A stretch of 64,000 nt of DNA, from NCBI RefSeq assembly GCF_022045235.1, contig NW_027266266.1, positions 23,436,001 to 23,500,000 on the forward strand. The letters run 5' to 3'. Both the position numbers and the translations under genes were made by a program. Positions 37,605 through 50,070 of this stretch are shown in pieces; within the stretch, counting starts at the first letter, position 1; each line of letters begins with the position of its first letter. Under the pieces are notes generated by a model. That model was not told where the DNA came from. It made no database searches and worked only from the letters and a program-made list of their open reading frames with translations. The DNA is from Haliotis cracherodii. Lineage: Eukaryota.

Positions 37605-39616
37605 GTTTAAAAAACTCAAGCGATGCTCAAAATCCAAGGCAAGTTGTAGATTGAGAACAAAGAGACAGCAGATGCGGCAACATAAAATGGCGTCGTTTTG
37701 CTGATTTCGGTAGCTTGGCAACGATCGGCACTAACGGAAGGGAGATAACTCTCAGTTTCAAAGTATAAGTTAATACCGCTAATTTGATGTGGCGTACGTT
37801 TATCTAATATTCTATGACTAATTAATTCATAGTCGAATTAATATATGAGTGTCCACTTTAGGATTTGTGAACAGGAAAAGGATACAATTATTGAATCTTT
37901 TTTTCGTGTATTCTTTTTGGAAATGTTGGGGTGCTAGATGAATACAAACGGTTATAGGGCGGGATGTTTTCCCTATATAGGATTGTCCAGTTACAGTCAA
38001 CTTTATAAACTACCCCTTTAGGTTCTTGGCGTTTAGTTGTGTTTCTGCCGTTGTCCCTTCTTAGAGAATTGAGGGGGGTTGATCTGGCGAAGTCGGGGTC
38101 AATATTGGGGTTGAAGGAGGCGGCTGATGAAATGGGGCAATCCCATGTCGGTGAAACATCCCGCCCCATCAACACCAGAATCAAAGAGCACAAAACTTCA
38201 AACATCAAATCCGACAGTAAATCAGCCCTTCGGACCATATCAGCAACTGCCCTAATCACAACATGGACCTCCCATATCCTCTCCAACAACCAACAACATA
38301 TAGGGGGTATATATTTTTATTTACTGACCAATAACGAGTTCCTGCGATACTTATCCTGTTTAAATGGCTTCCTCGTCATGTGTTCTCAGCGTCTCTGTCC
38401 ATCATTTTTGTTAATTTTATCCTTCTGTTATTAATTAACCTACTCATGTGTGCAATTGTTTGTTACTGTTAATCCTACACCTTCTGTAAAGATTTTGTAC
38501 CATGTTCATTATTCAGCCTTGCTTGACAACGGATCTATACCAAAACGTCGATGTTACAGTAAAATAAAGAAGTTGTTATCCATAAATTGTGTGTACATTG
38601 TCATCCGTCAACTTCTAAGTGAGTGAGTGAGTGTGAGTTGGGTTTAACGCAGCTTTTAACAGTATTAAATTAAATCTCGGCATGTCAGCTTAACGTGGGA
38701 GGAAAGCCCAAAGTGATGCAGGTCTCAGGCGTTTACCACTTCGGTGAAACCCACGAGCAAGGGTATGGTGCTGACAAACCTAGAAACATAATCGGGGCGA
38801 ACCGGGATTCGAACCCACAATCATAGGTTTCTGGCGAGCCAAAGGGACGCAACTCTGCACAGCAAATCGCGACTCCTTAGGCGACTGGGCCTACCCAACT
38901 TTTAAGTTATGCTTATCGAACAATTCCCTCAAAACCTTGTGAATTTATAATACATCTACTATGAATCCAAGAAGGCAGAAACAGGAAAAATATGCCAATT
39001 GCGTTGATCGATGCTCATGATGTCAATCACTGGAATGTCTTGTCCAGATTCGATTATTATTATACGTCATATAATACCGTACGTCATATAGCTGGAATTT
39101 AAACAATTTAAATGGCGTTAAACAACAAACAAACCAAAAAAAATCTACAAAAACTATGTTTGGTCAAAGAATAGTCGGACTTTTTTCAATAAAATGTTAG
39201 ATAGGACAATTGTCACTTGTGATAGCTATGACAGAAGCTTCAAGTTTTTCAAAGCAGAAACTATTGAGGTTGAACAGTGTTACTTCTCATTTTATTTACT
39301 CTCGTAAACTGAAAATATACATTGATATCTGTGACCACACGGAAGTAAGCTGTATCACGCCGGCTTGTATATGATACAAGTCATGATCACACAAACCAGT
39401 GACTGAAAGCATGAGCAAGAATCTCTTGTGGCCAGCAATGGATACCAAGGACCTTTTCTAATCTGTGGAATTCCTAGTTTCCTACAGGGTTCATTTAGAA
39501 TGGTGACAAACCTTCTTTAATGTAGATATTCCATTAGAAGTGTCATTATGGTCTGGTCGCATTCTATTATTAAAGAAGTGTGATTCAATAGTTACAGTCA
39601 GGCTTGGTTTGTCAAG

Positions 39617-40010
39617 TAGGGCTGGGACGGGTACCTGGGTCAGGTGGGTACTGAGTAGGATCCGGGTACCCACAGGAATACCCGGACCCGTGGTTAGTCA
39701 CGTGATATATTGTTTCATGAAAAAATTATCTATGGTTACACTACAAGTCACTGATGTTCGCATTTCTTTCTGAATATGATCCCATTCCTTCTGATTTTTC
39801 ATATGGTTGAGTAGAGTTAAAACTTTAGTGTATGAATGACCAGATTGTTCAATACATGTATCTTAATACGTTTTGCCAGGGCTATGCTAAAAATGTTCCC
39901 ATTTGGACATTTTGAGACATCTCCTCAGACTTACAGTGGGTACCCGGGTAGGGTTGGGTAATAGGGGGTTGGGTACCCGGGCAGTAAAATTTTGACTCGT
40001 CCCAGCCCTA
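39617..40010. mobile_element. hAT-type MITE (co-amplified copy)
   Basis: Same TIRs and flanks. Confidence 0.88.
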
Positions 40011-41071
40011 TCAAGCACTTAAGTCATTTCAAAATCGTCCCTGTCCATAGTGGCAAAATTCATTTTTTATGTTATTTCTTAAAAAAAACGTGCATAAAAT
40101 ATTTAAAAATGCGCTACGCTATACCTCATGTGTAAGCCTATTTGGTTATTAGATCTAACCTGGACTTACTGCCAGACAAGAACCAGAGTTCTGTAGCGTG
40201 GATTTAGGATCTTATTCACTCTTTTGATAATTATAGGAGGTACTAACATTGATCAAATATAACAGCTAACAACAGTTTGAACAACAAAAACATTTATTTA
40301 TACAACTGAAACCATATGGAAATAATTAACAAGACGAAAAGTTAATGAATCCAACAAAATATCCTGGAACTTGTTCCAAGGAAAGCTTTTAACATTGTTG
40401 CTGGAGGTGGAGACTCTTTTGACCACTCGGATGACACGGGACATCATGGCTCTCAGGAAGGACGGCTGGGAGGATTTGTGTTTCTTCCTCACTGCCAAAA
40501 TCTCAAATAAGTCACTCAAGTTAGTGTCAACCATATTATTGTCATGACCATTACAAAGATTGTATACATTTATTTATGAGTTATGAAAGCTATGAAATAA
40601 TTAGCATAATTATATATTTCCGAATTGTATTTGAATGGTACAGTACACAAATTATTATCATTATTATCCTGTAAACTGTAATTAGTTCTGCAGATATATA
40701 GTATACCAGTATAATATTGACATGTTTCACCTAATTCAATTCAATGTTTTGGTAAGAAATCATTTGGGAACTTCATAGCATGCTGTTACCGAGCAACCAT
40801 AATTACATGGCCTGTGATGTTCCACAAAATCAGCATCAAGAGCACATTAAATCCATTTTTGTTTCAAGACCAGGGAGACAGGTGCTGAAAATCATGTCCA
40901 GGTCTTATGGCCCATAGTCTACTGAGTTAGGACTTCTCTTCAAAAACTTTCCTGATACATCCCTATTCATGTTCTTACCATCCCTATTTTAAACACGTGT
41001 TCGAAGTTTTTTCGGGGAAATAATTGTCCTCAAATAAATTACTGAGCTCGCATTATATATTTTATTATTCC

Positions 41072-41109
<38 letters not shown>

Positions 41110-41583
41110 TGTGGGGTTATTATTGAGTGTTCTATGAAATTTGAACATTTAAACTGGCAAATCTGAAAACAGATTGGCTGAAGGGTGGCACAGCAGTTAG
41201 TGTTCGCTTGTCACACCCTGATCACACGGTACGATTTCTAACATGAGTAATTTGTGAAACCTATTATTGGACTGCGATATTTAACTATTGCATACGATAT
41301 TCGCCATGTTGTCACAGACCTAAGGAGATCTACAAATGTAGAATCAGAATGCAGAATTGTGTAATGTGACTCGAAGCTTTAGGTTATGTTTGAGTTTGTT
41401 CTATACATAAGGAGGCTCCTACACTAATAATAGAATAAAGCAACCAACAACAATTTAAACAACAACAAAATTTACTAATCATGCTGATGAAAAAACAACC
41501 AAATGGGAATGATAACTAATTTGCCAAAGTGTCCATACTAAAAAAGGAAAGGTGACTTCTCAGATTGTTACAAAAATGTCACT

Positions 41584-42533
41584 TTAAGCGTCGTTTTTGT
41601 TGGAGGTGAAGATTCTCTTGACCAGACTGATGAAGCGGGACAGCAAGGCTCTCAGGAAGGACTGGGGTGGGAGGGGTTGTGTGTCTTCCTCACGGCCGAG
41701 ATCGATTTCCACAAAGTCGGTGTCAACCATAATGACGTGGCCGGTGATGTTGACAGAAACAGAGACTGGGGCTGGGTCGGGGACAGAGGTGTAGGAGGTG
41801 GGGAGGGTGGACAGGGGTTCAGGGTGGTACACACAAGGACGCTGGTGGGGAGAGAAGTGGAAAGAGAAAAATGATGAGACAAACGTGATACTGACACTAG
41901 TGATAGGTAGGGTGCGGTGTATCTTTAGTTGGAACATACAGTAGGTTATGGAACATCAACACTTTGACACACTGAGATTTAGACAAGGATCTGTTGTAAA
42001 AGTTGGTTATATTCTACAACCCTAGCACACCTACTCGACGTGGGACAGGAGTGGCAGCAGGGGTGAAAGCTGGGTGAAACATCCTCTCTGTGTGGGGGAG
42101 AAGTGAAAATAAATAAAACATGTACACTCTTGTTTACACTGTAAAGTCATTAAAAACGTAAGCTTGTAAGTATATACCATATACCGGTAGGTCTATATAT
42201 ATCTACACACGTTCTGGTCAGTTGTATTTATTTATTTCGTTCTATTTGTTTATGTGCTTTTCACCTGGGGCAGGACAAAATCACTATTTATCTAAGCATT
42301 GGCCATTGAAGAAATTGAAGTACACAGAAGAAATATAAAATGCGAGGAAACGGGTTTAGTATATCTTGAGAAACGTTGAAGTACGTCGAGATTTCTATAG
42401 GCCTTGTTATAGACCTTAGTGATGAGACCTTGGCATCAACCTGACGCTAGCCGATTATACAACCACACGGTGAAACGTAATCATCATGAAACTATGACAC
42501 ATTGGTACCTTGAACACAGCTACTTGACTGCAT
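41584..42533 (-). CDS. Array gene copy 7 (exons 42509-42533, 42035-42087, 41584-41841)
   Basis: Same splice sites; open frame; synonymous CCG>CCA in exon 2. Confidence 0.7.
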
Positions 42534-44546
42534 GTTTAAAAAACTCAAGCGATGCTCAAAATCCAAGGCAAGTTGTAGATTGAGAACAAAGAGACAGCAG
42601 ATGCGGCAACATAAAATGGCGTCGTTTTGCTGATTTCGGTAGCTTGGCAACGATCGGCACTAACGGAAGGGAGATAACTCTCAGTTTCAAAGTATAAGTT
42701 AATACCGCTAATTTGATGTGGCGTACGTTTATCTAATATTCTATGACTAATTAATTCATAGTCGAATTAATATATGAGTGTCCACTTTAGGATTTGTGAA
42801 CAGGAAAAGGATACAATTATTGAATCTTTTTTTCGTGTATTCTTTTTGGAAATGTTGGGGTGCTAGATGAATACAAACGGTTATAGGGCGGGATGTTTTC
42901 CCTATATAGGATTGTCCAGTTACAGTCAACTTTATAAACTACCCCTTTAGGTTCTTGGCGTTTAGTTGTGTTTCTGCCGTTGTCCCTTCTTAGAGAATTG
43001 AGGGGGGTTGATCTGGCGAAGTCGGGGTCAATATTGGGGTTGAAGGAGGCGGCTGATGAAATGGGGCAATCCCATGTCGGTGAAACATCCCGCCCCATCA
43101 ACACCAGAATCAAAGAGCACAAAACTTCAAACATCAAATCCGACAGTAAATCAGCCCTTCGGACCATATCAGCAACTGCCCTAATCACAACATGGACCTC
43201 CCATATCCTCTCCAACAACCAACAACATATAGGGGGTATATATTTTTATTTACTGACCAATAACGAGTTCCTGCGATACTTATCCTGTTTAAATGGCTTC
43301 CTCGTCATGTGTTCTCAGCGTCTCTGTCCATCATTTTTGTTAATTTTATCCTTCTGTTATTAATTAACCTACTCATGTGTGCAATTGTTTGTTACTGTTA
43401 ATCCTACACCTTCTGTAAAGATTTTGTACCATGTTCATTATTCCGCCTTGCTTGACAACGGATCTATACCAAAACGTCGATGTTACAGTAAAATAAAGAA
43501 GTTGTTATCCATAAATTGTGTGTACATTGTCATCCGTCAACTTCTAAGTGAGTGAGTGAGTGTGAGTTGGGTTTAACGCAGCTTTTAACAGTATTCAAGT
43601 TATATCGCGGCATGTCAGCTTAACGTGGGAGGAAAGCCCAAAGTGATGCAGGTCTCAGGCGTTTACCACTTCGGTGAAACCCACGAGCAAGGGTATGGTG
43701 CTGACAAACCTAGAAACATAATCGGGGCGAACCGGGATTCGAACCCACAATCATAGGTTTCTGGCGAGCCAAAGGGACGCAACTCTGCACAGCAAATCGC
43801 GACTCCTTAGGCGACTGGGCCTACCCAACTTTTAAGTTATGCTTATCGAACAATTCCCTCAAAACCTTGTGAATTTATAATACATCTACTATGAATCCAA
43901 GAAGGCAGAAACAGGAAAAATATGCCAATTGCGTTGATCGATGCTCATGATGTCAATCACTGGAATGTCTTGTCCAGATTCGATTATTATTATACGTCAT
44001 ATAATACCGTACGTCATATAGCTGGAATTTAAACAATTTAAATGGCGTTAAACAACAAACAAACCAAAAAAATCTACAAAAACTATGTTTGGTCAAAGAA
44101 TAGTTGGACTTTTTTCAATAAAATGTTAGATAGGACAATTGTCACTTGTGATAGCTATGACAGAAGCTTCAAGTTTTTCAAAGCAGAAACTATTGAGGTT
44201 GAACAGTGTTACTTCTCATTTTATTTACTCTCGTAAACTGAAAATATACATTGATATCTGTGACCACACGGAAGTAAGCTGTATCACGCCGGCTTGAATA
44301 GGATATCAAGTCATGATCACACAAACCAGTGACTGAAAGCATGAGCAAGAATCTCTTGTGGCCAGCAATAGATACCAAGGACCTTTTCTACTCTGTGGAA
44401 TTCCTAGTTTCCTACAGGATTCATTTGGAATGGCGACAAACTTTCTTTAATGTAGATATTCCATTAGAAGTGTCATTATGGTCTGGTCGCATTCTATTAT
44501 TAAAGAAGTGTGATTCAATAGTTACAGTCAGGCTTGGTTTGTCAAG

Positions 44547-44940
44547 TAGGGCTGGGACGGGTACCTGGGTCAGGTGGGTACTGAGTAGGATCCGGGTACC
44601 CACAGGAATACCCGGACCCGTGGTTAGTCACGTGATATATTGTTTCATGAAAAAATTATCTATGGTTACACTACAAGTCACTGATGTTCGCATTTCTTTC
44701 TGAATATGATCCCATTCCTTCTGATTTTTCATATGGTTGAATAGAGTTAAAACTTTAGTGTATGAATGACCAGATTGTTCAATACATGTATCTTAATACG
44801 TTTTGCCAGGGCTATGCTAAAAATGTTCCCATTTGGACATTTTGAGACATCTCCTCAGACTTACAGTGGGTACCCGGGTAGGGTTGGGTAATAGGGGGAT
44901 GGGTACCCGGGCAGTAAAATTTTGACTCGTCCCAGCCCTA
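44547..44940. mobile_element. hAT-type MITE (co-amplified copy)
   Basis: Same TIRs and flanks. Confidence 0.88.
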
Positions 44941-46003
44941 TCAAGCACTTAAGTCATTTCAAAATCGTCCCTGTCCATAGTGGCAAAATTCATTTTTTAT
45001 GTTATTTCTTAAAAAAAAACGTGCATAAAATATCAAAAAATGCGCTACGCTATACCTCATGTGTAAGCCTATTTGGTTATTAGATCTAACCTGGACTTAC
45101 TGCCAGACAAGAACCAGAGTTCTGTAGCGTGGATTTAGGATCTTATTCACGCTTTTGATAATTATAGGAGGTACTAACATTGATAAAATATAACAGCTAA
45201 CAACAGTTTGAACAACAAAAACATTTATTTATACAACTGAAACCATATGGAAATAATTAACAAGACGAAAAGTTAATGAATCCAACAAAATATCCTGGAA
45301 CTTGTTCCAAGGAAAGCTTTTAACATTGTTGCTGGAGGTGAAGACTCTTTTGACCACTCGGATGACACGGGACATCATGGCTCTCAGGAAGGATGGTTGG
45401 GAGGATTTGTGTTTCTTCCTCACTGCCAAAATCTCAAATAAGTCAGTCAAGTTAGTGTCAACCATATTATTGTCATGACCATTACAAAGATTGTATACAT
45501 TTATTTATGAGTTATGAAAGCTATGAAATAATTAGCATAATTATATATTTCCGAATTGTATTTGAATGGTACAGTACACAAATTATTATCATTATTATCC
45601 TGTAAACTGTAATTAGTTCTGCAGATATATAGTATACCAGTATAATATTGACATGTTTCACCTAATTCAATTCAATGTTTTGGTAAGAAATCATTTGGGA
45701 ACTTCATAGCATGCTGTTACCGAGCAACCATAATTACATGGCCTGTGATGTTCCACAAAATCAGCATCAAGAGCACATTAAATCCATTTTTGTTTCAAGA
45801 CCAGGGAGACAGGTGCTGAAAATCATGTCCAGGTCTTATGGCCCATAGTCTACTGAGTTAGGACTTCTCTTCAAAAACTTTCCTGATACATCCCTATTCA
45901 TGTTCTTACCATCCCTCTTTTAAACACAATGTTCGAAGTTTTTTCGGGGAAATAATTGTCCTCAAATAAATTACTGAGCTCGCATTATATATCTTATTAT
46001 TCC

Positions 46004-46053
<50 letters not shown>

Positions 46054-46528
46054 TGTGGGGTTATTATTGAGTGTTCTATGAAATTTGAACATTTAAACTG
46101 GCAAATCTGAAAACAGATTGGCTGAAGGGTGGCACAGCAGTTAGTGTTCGCTTGTCACACCCTGATCACACGGTACGATTTCTAACATGAGTAATTTGTG
46201 AAACCTATTATTGGACTACGATATTTAACTATTGCATACGATATTCGCCATGTTGTTACAGACCTAAGGAGATCTACAAACGTAGAATCAGAATACAGAA
46301 TTCTGTAATGTGACTCGAAGCTTTAGGTTATGTTTGAGTTTGTTCTATACGTAAGGCGGCTCCTACGCTAATAATAGAATAAAGCAACCAACAACAATTT
46401 GAACAACAACAAAATTTACTAATCATGCTGATGAAAAAACAACCAAATGGGAATGATAACTAATTTGCCAAAGTGTCCATACAAAAAAAAGGAAAGGTGA
46501 CTTCTCAGATTGTTACAAAAATGTCACT

Positions 46529-47480
46529 TTAAGCGTCGTTTTTGTTGGAGGTGAAGATTCTCTTGACCAGACTGATGAAGCAGGACAGCAAGGCTCTCAG
46601 GAAGGACTGGGGTGGGAGGGGTTGTGTGTCTTCCTCACGGCCGAGATCGATCTCCACAAAGTCGGTGTCAACCATAATGACGTGGCCGGTGATGTTGACA
46701 GAAACAGAGACAGGGGCTGGGTCGGGGACAGAGGTGTAGGAGGTGGGGAGGGTGGACAGGGGTTCAGGGTGGTACACACAAGGACGCTGGTGGGGAGAGA
46801 AGTGGAAAGAGAAAAATGATGAGACAAACGTGATACTGACACTAGTGATAGGTAGGGTGCGGTGTATCTTTAGTTGGAACATACAGTAGGTTATGGAACA
46901 TCAACACTTTGACACACTGAGATTTAGACAAGGATCTGTTGTAAAAGTTGGTTATATTCTACAACCCTAGCACACCTACTCGACGTGGGACAGGAGTGGC
47001 AGCAGGGGTGAAAGCCGGGTGAAACATCCTCTCTGTGTGGGGGAGAAGTAAAAATAGATAAAACATGTACATTCTTGTTTGCACTGTAAAGTCATTAAAA
47101 ACGTAAGCTTGTAAGTATATATACCATATACCGGTAGGTTTATATATATCTATACACGTTCTTGTCAGTTGTATTTATTTATTTCGTTCTATTTGTTTAT
47201 GTGCTTTTCACCTGGGGCAGGACAAAATCACTATTTATCTAAGCATTGGCCATTGAAGAAATTGAAGTACACAGAAGAAATATAAAATGCGAGGAAACGG
47301 GTTTAGTATATCTTGAGAAACGTTGAAGTACGTTGAGATTTCTATAGGCCTTGTTATAGACCTTAGTGATGAGACCTTGGCATCAACCTGACGCTAGCCA
47401 ATTATACAACCACACGGTGAAACGTAATCATCATGAAACTATGACACATTGGTACCTTGAACACAGCTACTTGACTGCAT
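46529..47480 (-). CDS. Array gene copy 8 (exons 47456-47480, 46980-47032, 46529-46786)
   Basis: Same splice sites; open frame; one R>C change. Confidence 0.7.
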
Positions 47481-48904
47481 GTTTAAAAAACTCAAGCGAT
47501 GCTCAAAATCCAAGGCAAGTTATAGATTGAGATCAAAGAGACAGCAGATGCGGCAACATAAAATGGCGTCGTTTTGCTGATTTCGGTAGCTTGGCAACGA
47601 TCGGCACTAACGGAAGGGAGATAACTCTCAGTTTCAAAGTATAAGTTAATACCGCTAATTTGATGTGGCGTTACGTTTATCTAATATTCTATGACTAATT
47701 AATTCATAGTCGAATTAATATATGAGTGTCCACTTTAGGATTTGTGAACAGGAAAAGGATACAATTATTGATTCTTTTTTTCGTTTATTCTTTTTGGAAA
47801 TGTGGGGGCGCTAGATGAATACAAACGGTTATAGGGCGGGATGTTTTCCCTTCATAGGATTGTCCAGTTACAGTCAATTCTATAAACTACACCTTTAGGT
47901 TCTTGGCGTTTAGTTGTGTTTCTGCCGTTGTCCCTTCTTGGAGAATAGAGGGAGGTGGATCTGGTAAAGTCGGGGTCAATATTGGGTTGATGTTTGAGGA
48001 GGCGGCTGATGAAATGGGGCAATAACATGTAGGTTGAAACATCACGCCCCATCAACACCAGAATCAAAGAGCACAAAACTTCAACCATCAAATCCGACAG
48101 TAAATCAGCCATTCGGACCATATCAGCAACTGCCCTAATCACAACATGAACCGCCCAAATCCTCTCCAACAACTCCAGGACTTCACAAAAAGCAAACAAA
48201 GAGGAGCAGTCCACATTCGCCGCCACAACCATCCATCAACAGAAATCAAGGCCATTTCATCCCATCCGCCTACTGCGAACTCAATAAGCAATAGCGACCC
48301 CTCCTATGTATACTTATCCTGTTTAATTGGCTTCCTTATCATGTGTATTATTTAACTTACTCATGTTTATCTCTTTCATGTATGCAATTGTTTGTTACTG
48401 TTAATCCTCCACATTCTATATATATTTTGTACCATGTTCATTATTCAGCCTTACTTGACAACGGTATAAGGATCTATACCGAAACGTCAATGTTACAGTA
48501 AAATAAAGAAGTTGTTATCCATTAATTGTGTGTACATTGTCATCCGTCAACTTTAAGTGAGTGAGTGGGAGTTGGTTTGACGAAGCTTTTAACAGTATTC
48601 AAGTTATATCGCGGCAAGTCAGCTTCATGTGGAAGGAAATCCCGAAGTGATGCAGGTCTCAGGCGTTTACCACTTCGGTGAAACCCACGAGCACGGTATG
48701 GTGCTGACAAAGCTAGAAACATAATCGGGGCGAACCGGGATTCGAACCCACAATCATAGGTTTCTGGCGTGCCAAAGGGACGCAACTCTGCACAGCGAAT
48801 CGCGGCTCCTTAGGCGACTGGGCCCATCCAACTTTAAAGTTATGCTTATCGAACAATTCCCTCAAAACCTTGTGAATTTATAATACATCTACTATGAATC
48901 CAAG

Positions 48905-50070
48905 ACCGCAGAAACAGCAAAAAAAATGTAATATTATATGGAGTGCCTGAATTACAACATGAATCATATATGGTGTGTAAGGAGAAAGTTCTGGAAGTAC
49001 TGAAGATAGAGAAGAAATTCCCCCGCTCAATTCCAGAGATGTAGAAACGTGCACATCGTATGCCGACGAAGAAGCCTAATAAACCTTCTCGTGAAGATGC
49101 TGCACTGGGACGACAAAATGCATGCTGTGTCAATGTGGATCGTTCTTAAAGGTAAAGGATATGGCATCTCTAATGACTTGACTTTGAATCAGAGACAGGA
49201 ATTACTAAAATGCAGAACAGACGAACCAGACACACGGTTCTACTACAAAGAAGGGAAATTAGTGAGAGAATTCCGAAGAGAGGAGAGATACTAGAAAAGA
49301 TGAAGCTGCACAGGAGTGAGTGAGTGAGTGAGTGAGTGAGTTGGGTTTAACGCCGCTTTTAACATTATTCCAGTTATATCACGGCGTGTCAGCTTAATGT
49401 GTGAGGAAAGCCCGAAGTGATGCAGGTCTAAGACGTTTACCACTTCGGTGAAACCCACGAGCACCGGGTATGGTGCTGACAAACCTAGAAACATAATCGG
49501 GGTGAACCGGGATTCGAACCCATAATCATAGGTTTCTGGCGTGTCCAAGGGACGCAACTCTGACGGCGAATCGCGGCGCCTTAGACGACTGGGCCACCCG
49601 TGCCCCCAAGCCGCACAGGAAAGCATATCTGGAGGCACAGAGGATGAGAGAGAGGAAAGACAACAGGATGAGAGACGGGATACGCGCTCGAGGTCACAGA
49701 GGTCAGCAGTGGGGGGACAGAGATAAGGGTGTGGCCAGGGCCTATACGCTGATTTTACTGCTCATCAAGAGAACCCATCAAGGGAGAGAAGCGACAGTAG
49801 TATTAGCTTCATTAACTTTCTCTTCTGGAATGTTTCAGGCATAATATATGAGTTAACAGATAATGACTTTGTCAAATATGTGAACAAATTTGATATAATT
49901 GTTGTGACCGAAACTTGGTTGGATAATGTAGAGGATGTGAAGATCACTTTCACAGACTTTAACCTTTATATTTAAGATGCTGATAGACTGTCTAAGATGA
50001 CATTGTTAAGCTTCAAACCACTAATCAATAGTTTTTGTTGAACTTTTGTTCAATATCCAGCCATCTTTCA
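48905..50070 (+). mobile_element. LINE fragment: ORF1 C-terminal part and ORF2 endonuclease N-terminus
   Basis: NVILYGVPE..KRAHRM..KMLHWDDK..GYGISNDLTLNQR, then WNVSGI..FVKYVNKFDIIVVTETWL; many stops and frameshifts. Confidence 0.8.
49316..49607 (-). mobile_element. Full-length tRNA-derived SINE nested in the LINE fragment
   Basis: Minus-strand head GGGGGCACGGGTGGCCCAGTCGTCTAAGGCGCC, B-box GGGTTCGAATCCC, (ACTC)n tail; TSD aagc(t/c)gcacagga at 49303-49315 and 49608-49620. Confidence 0.85.
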
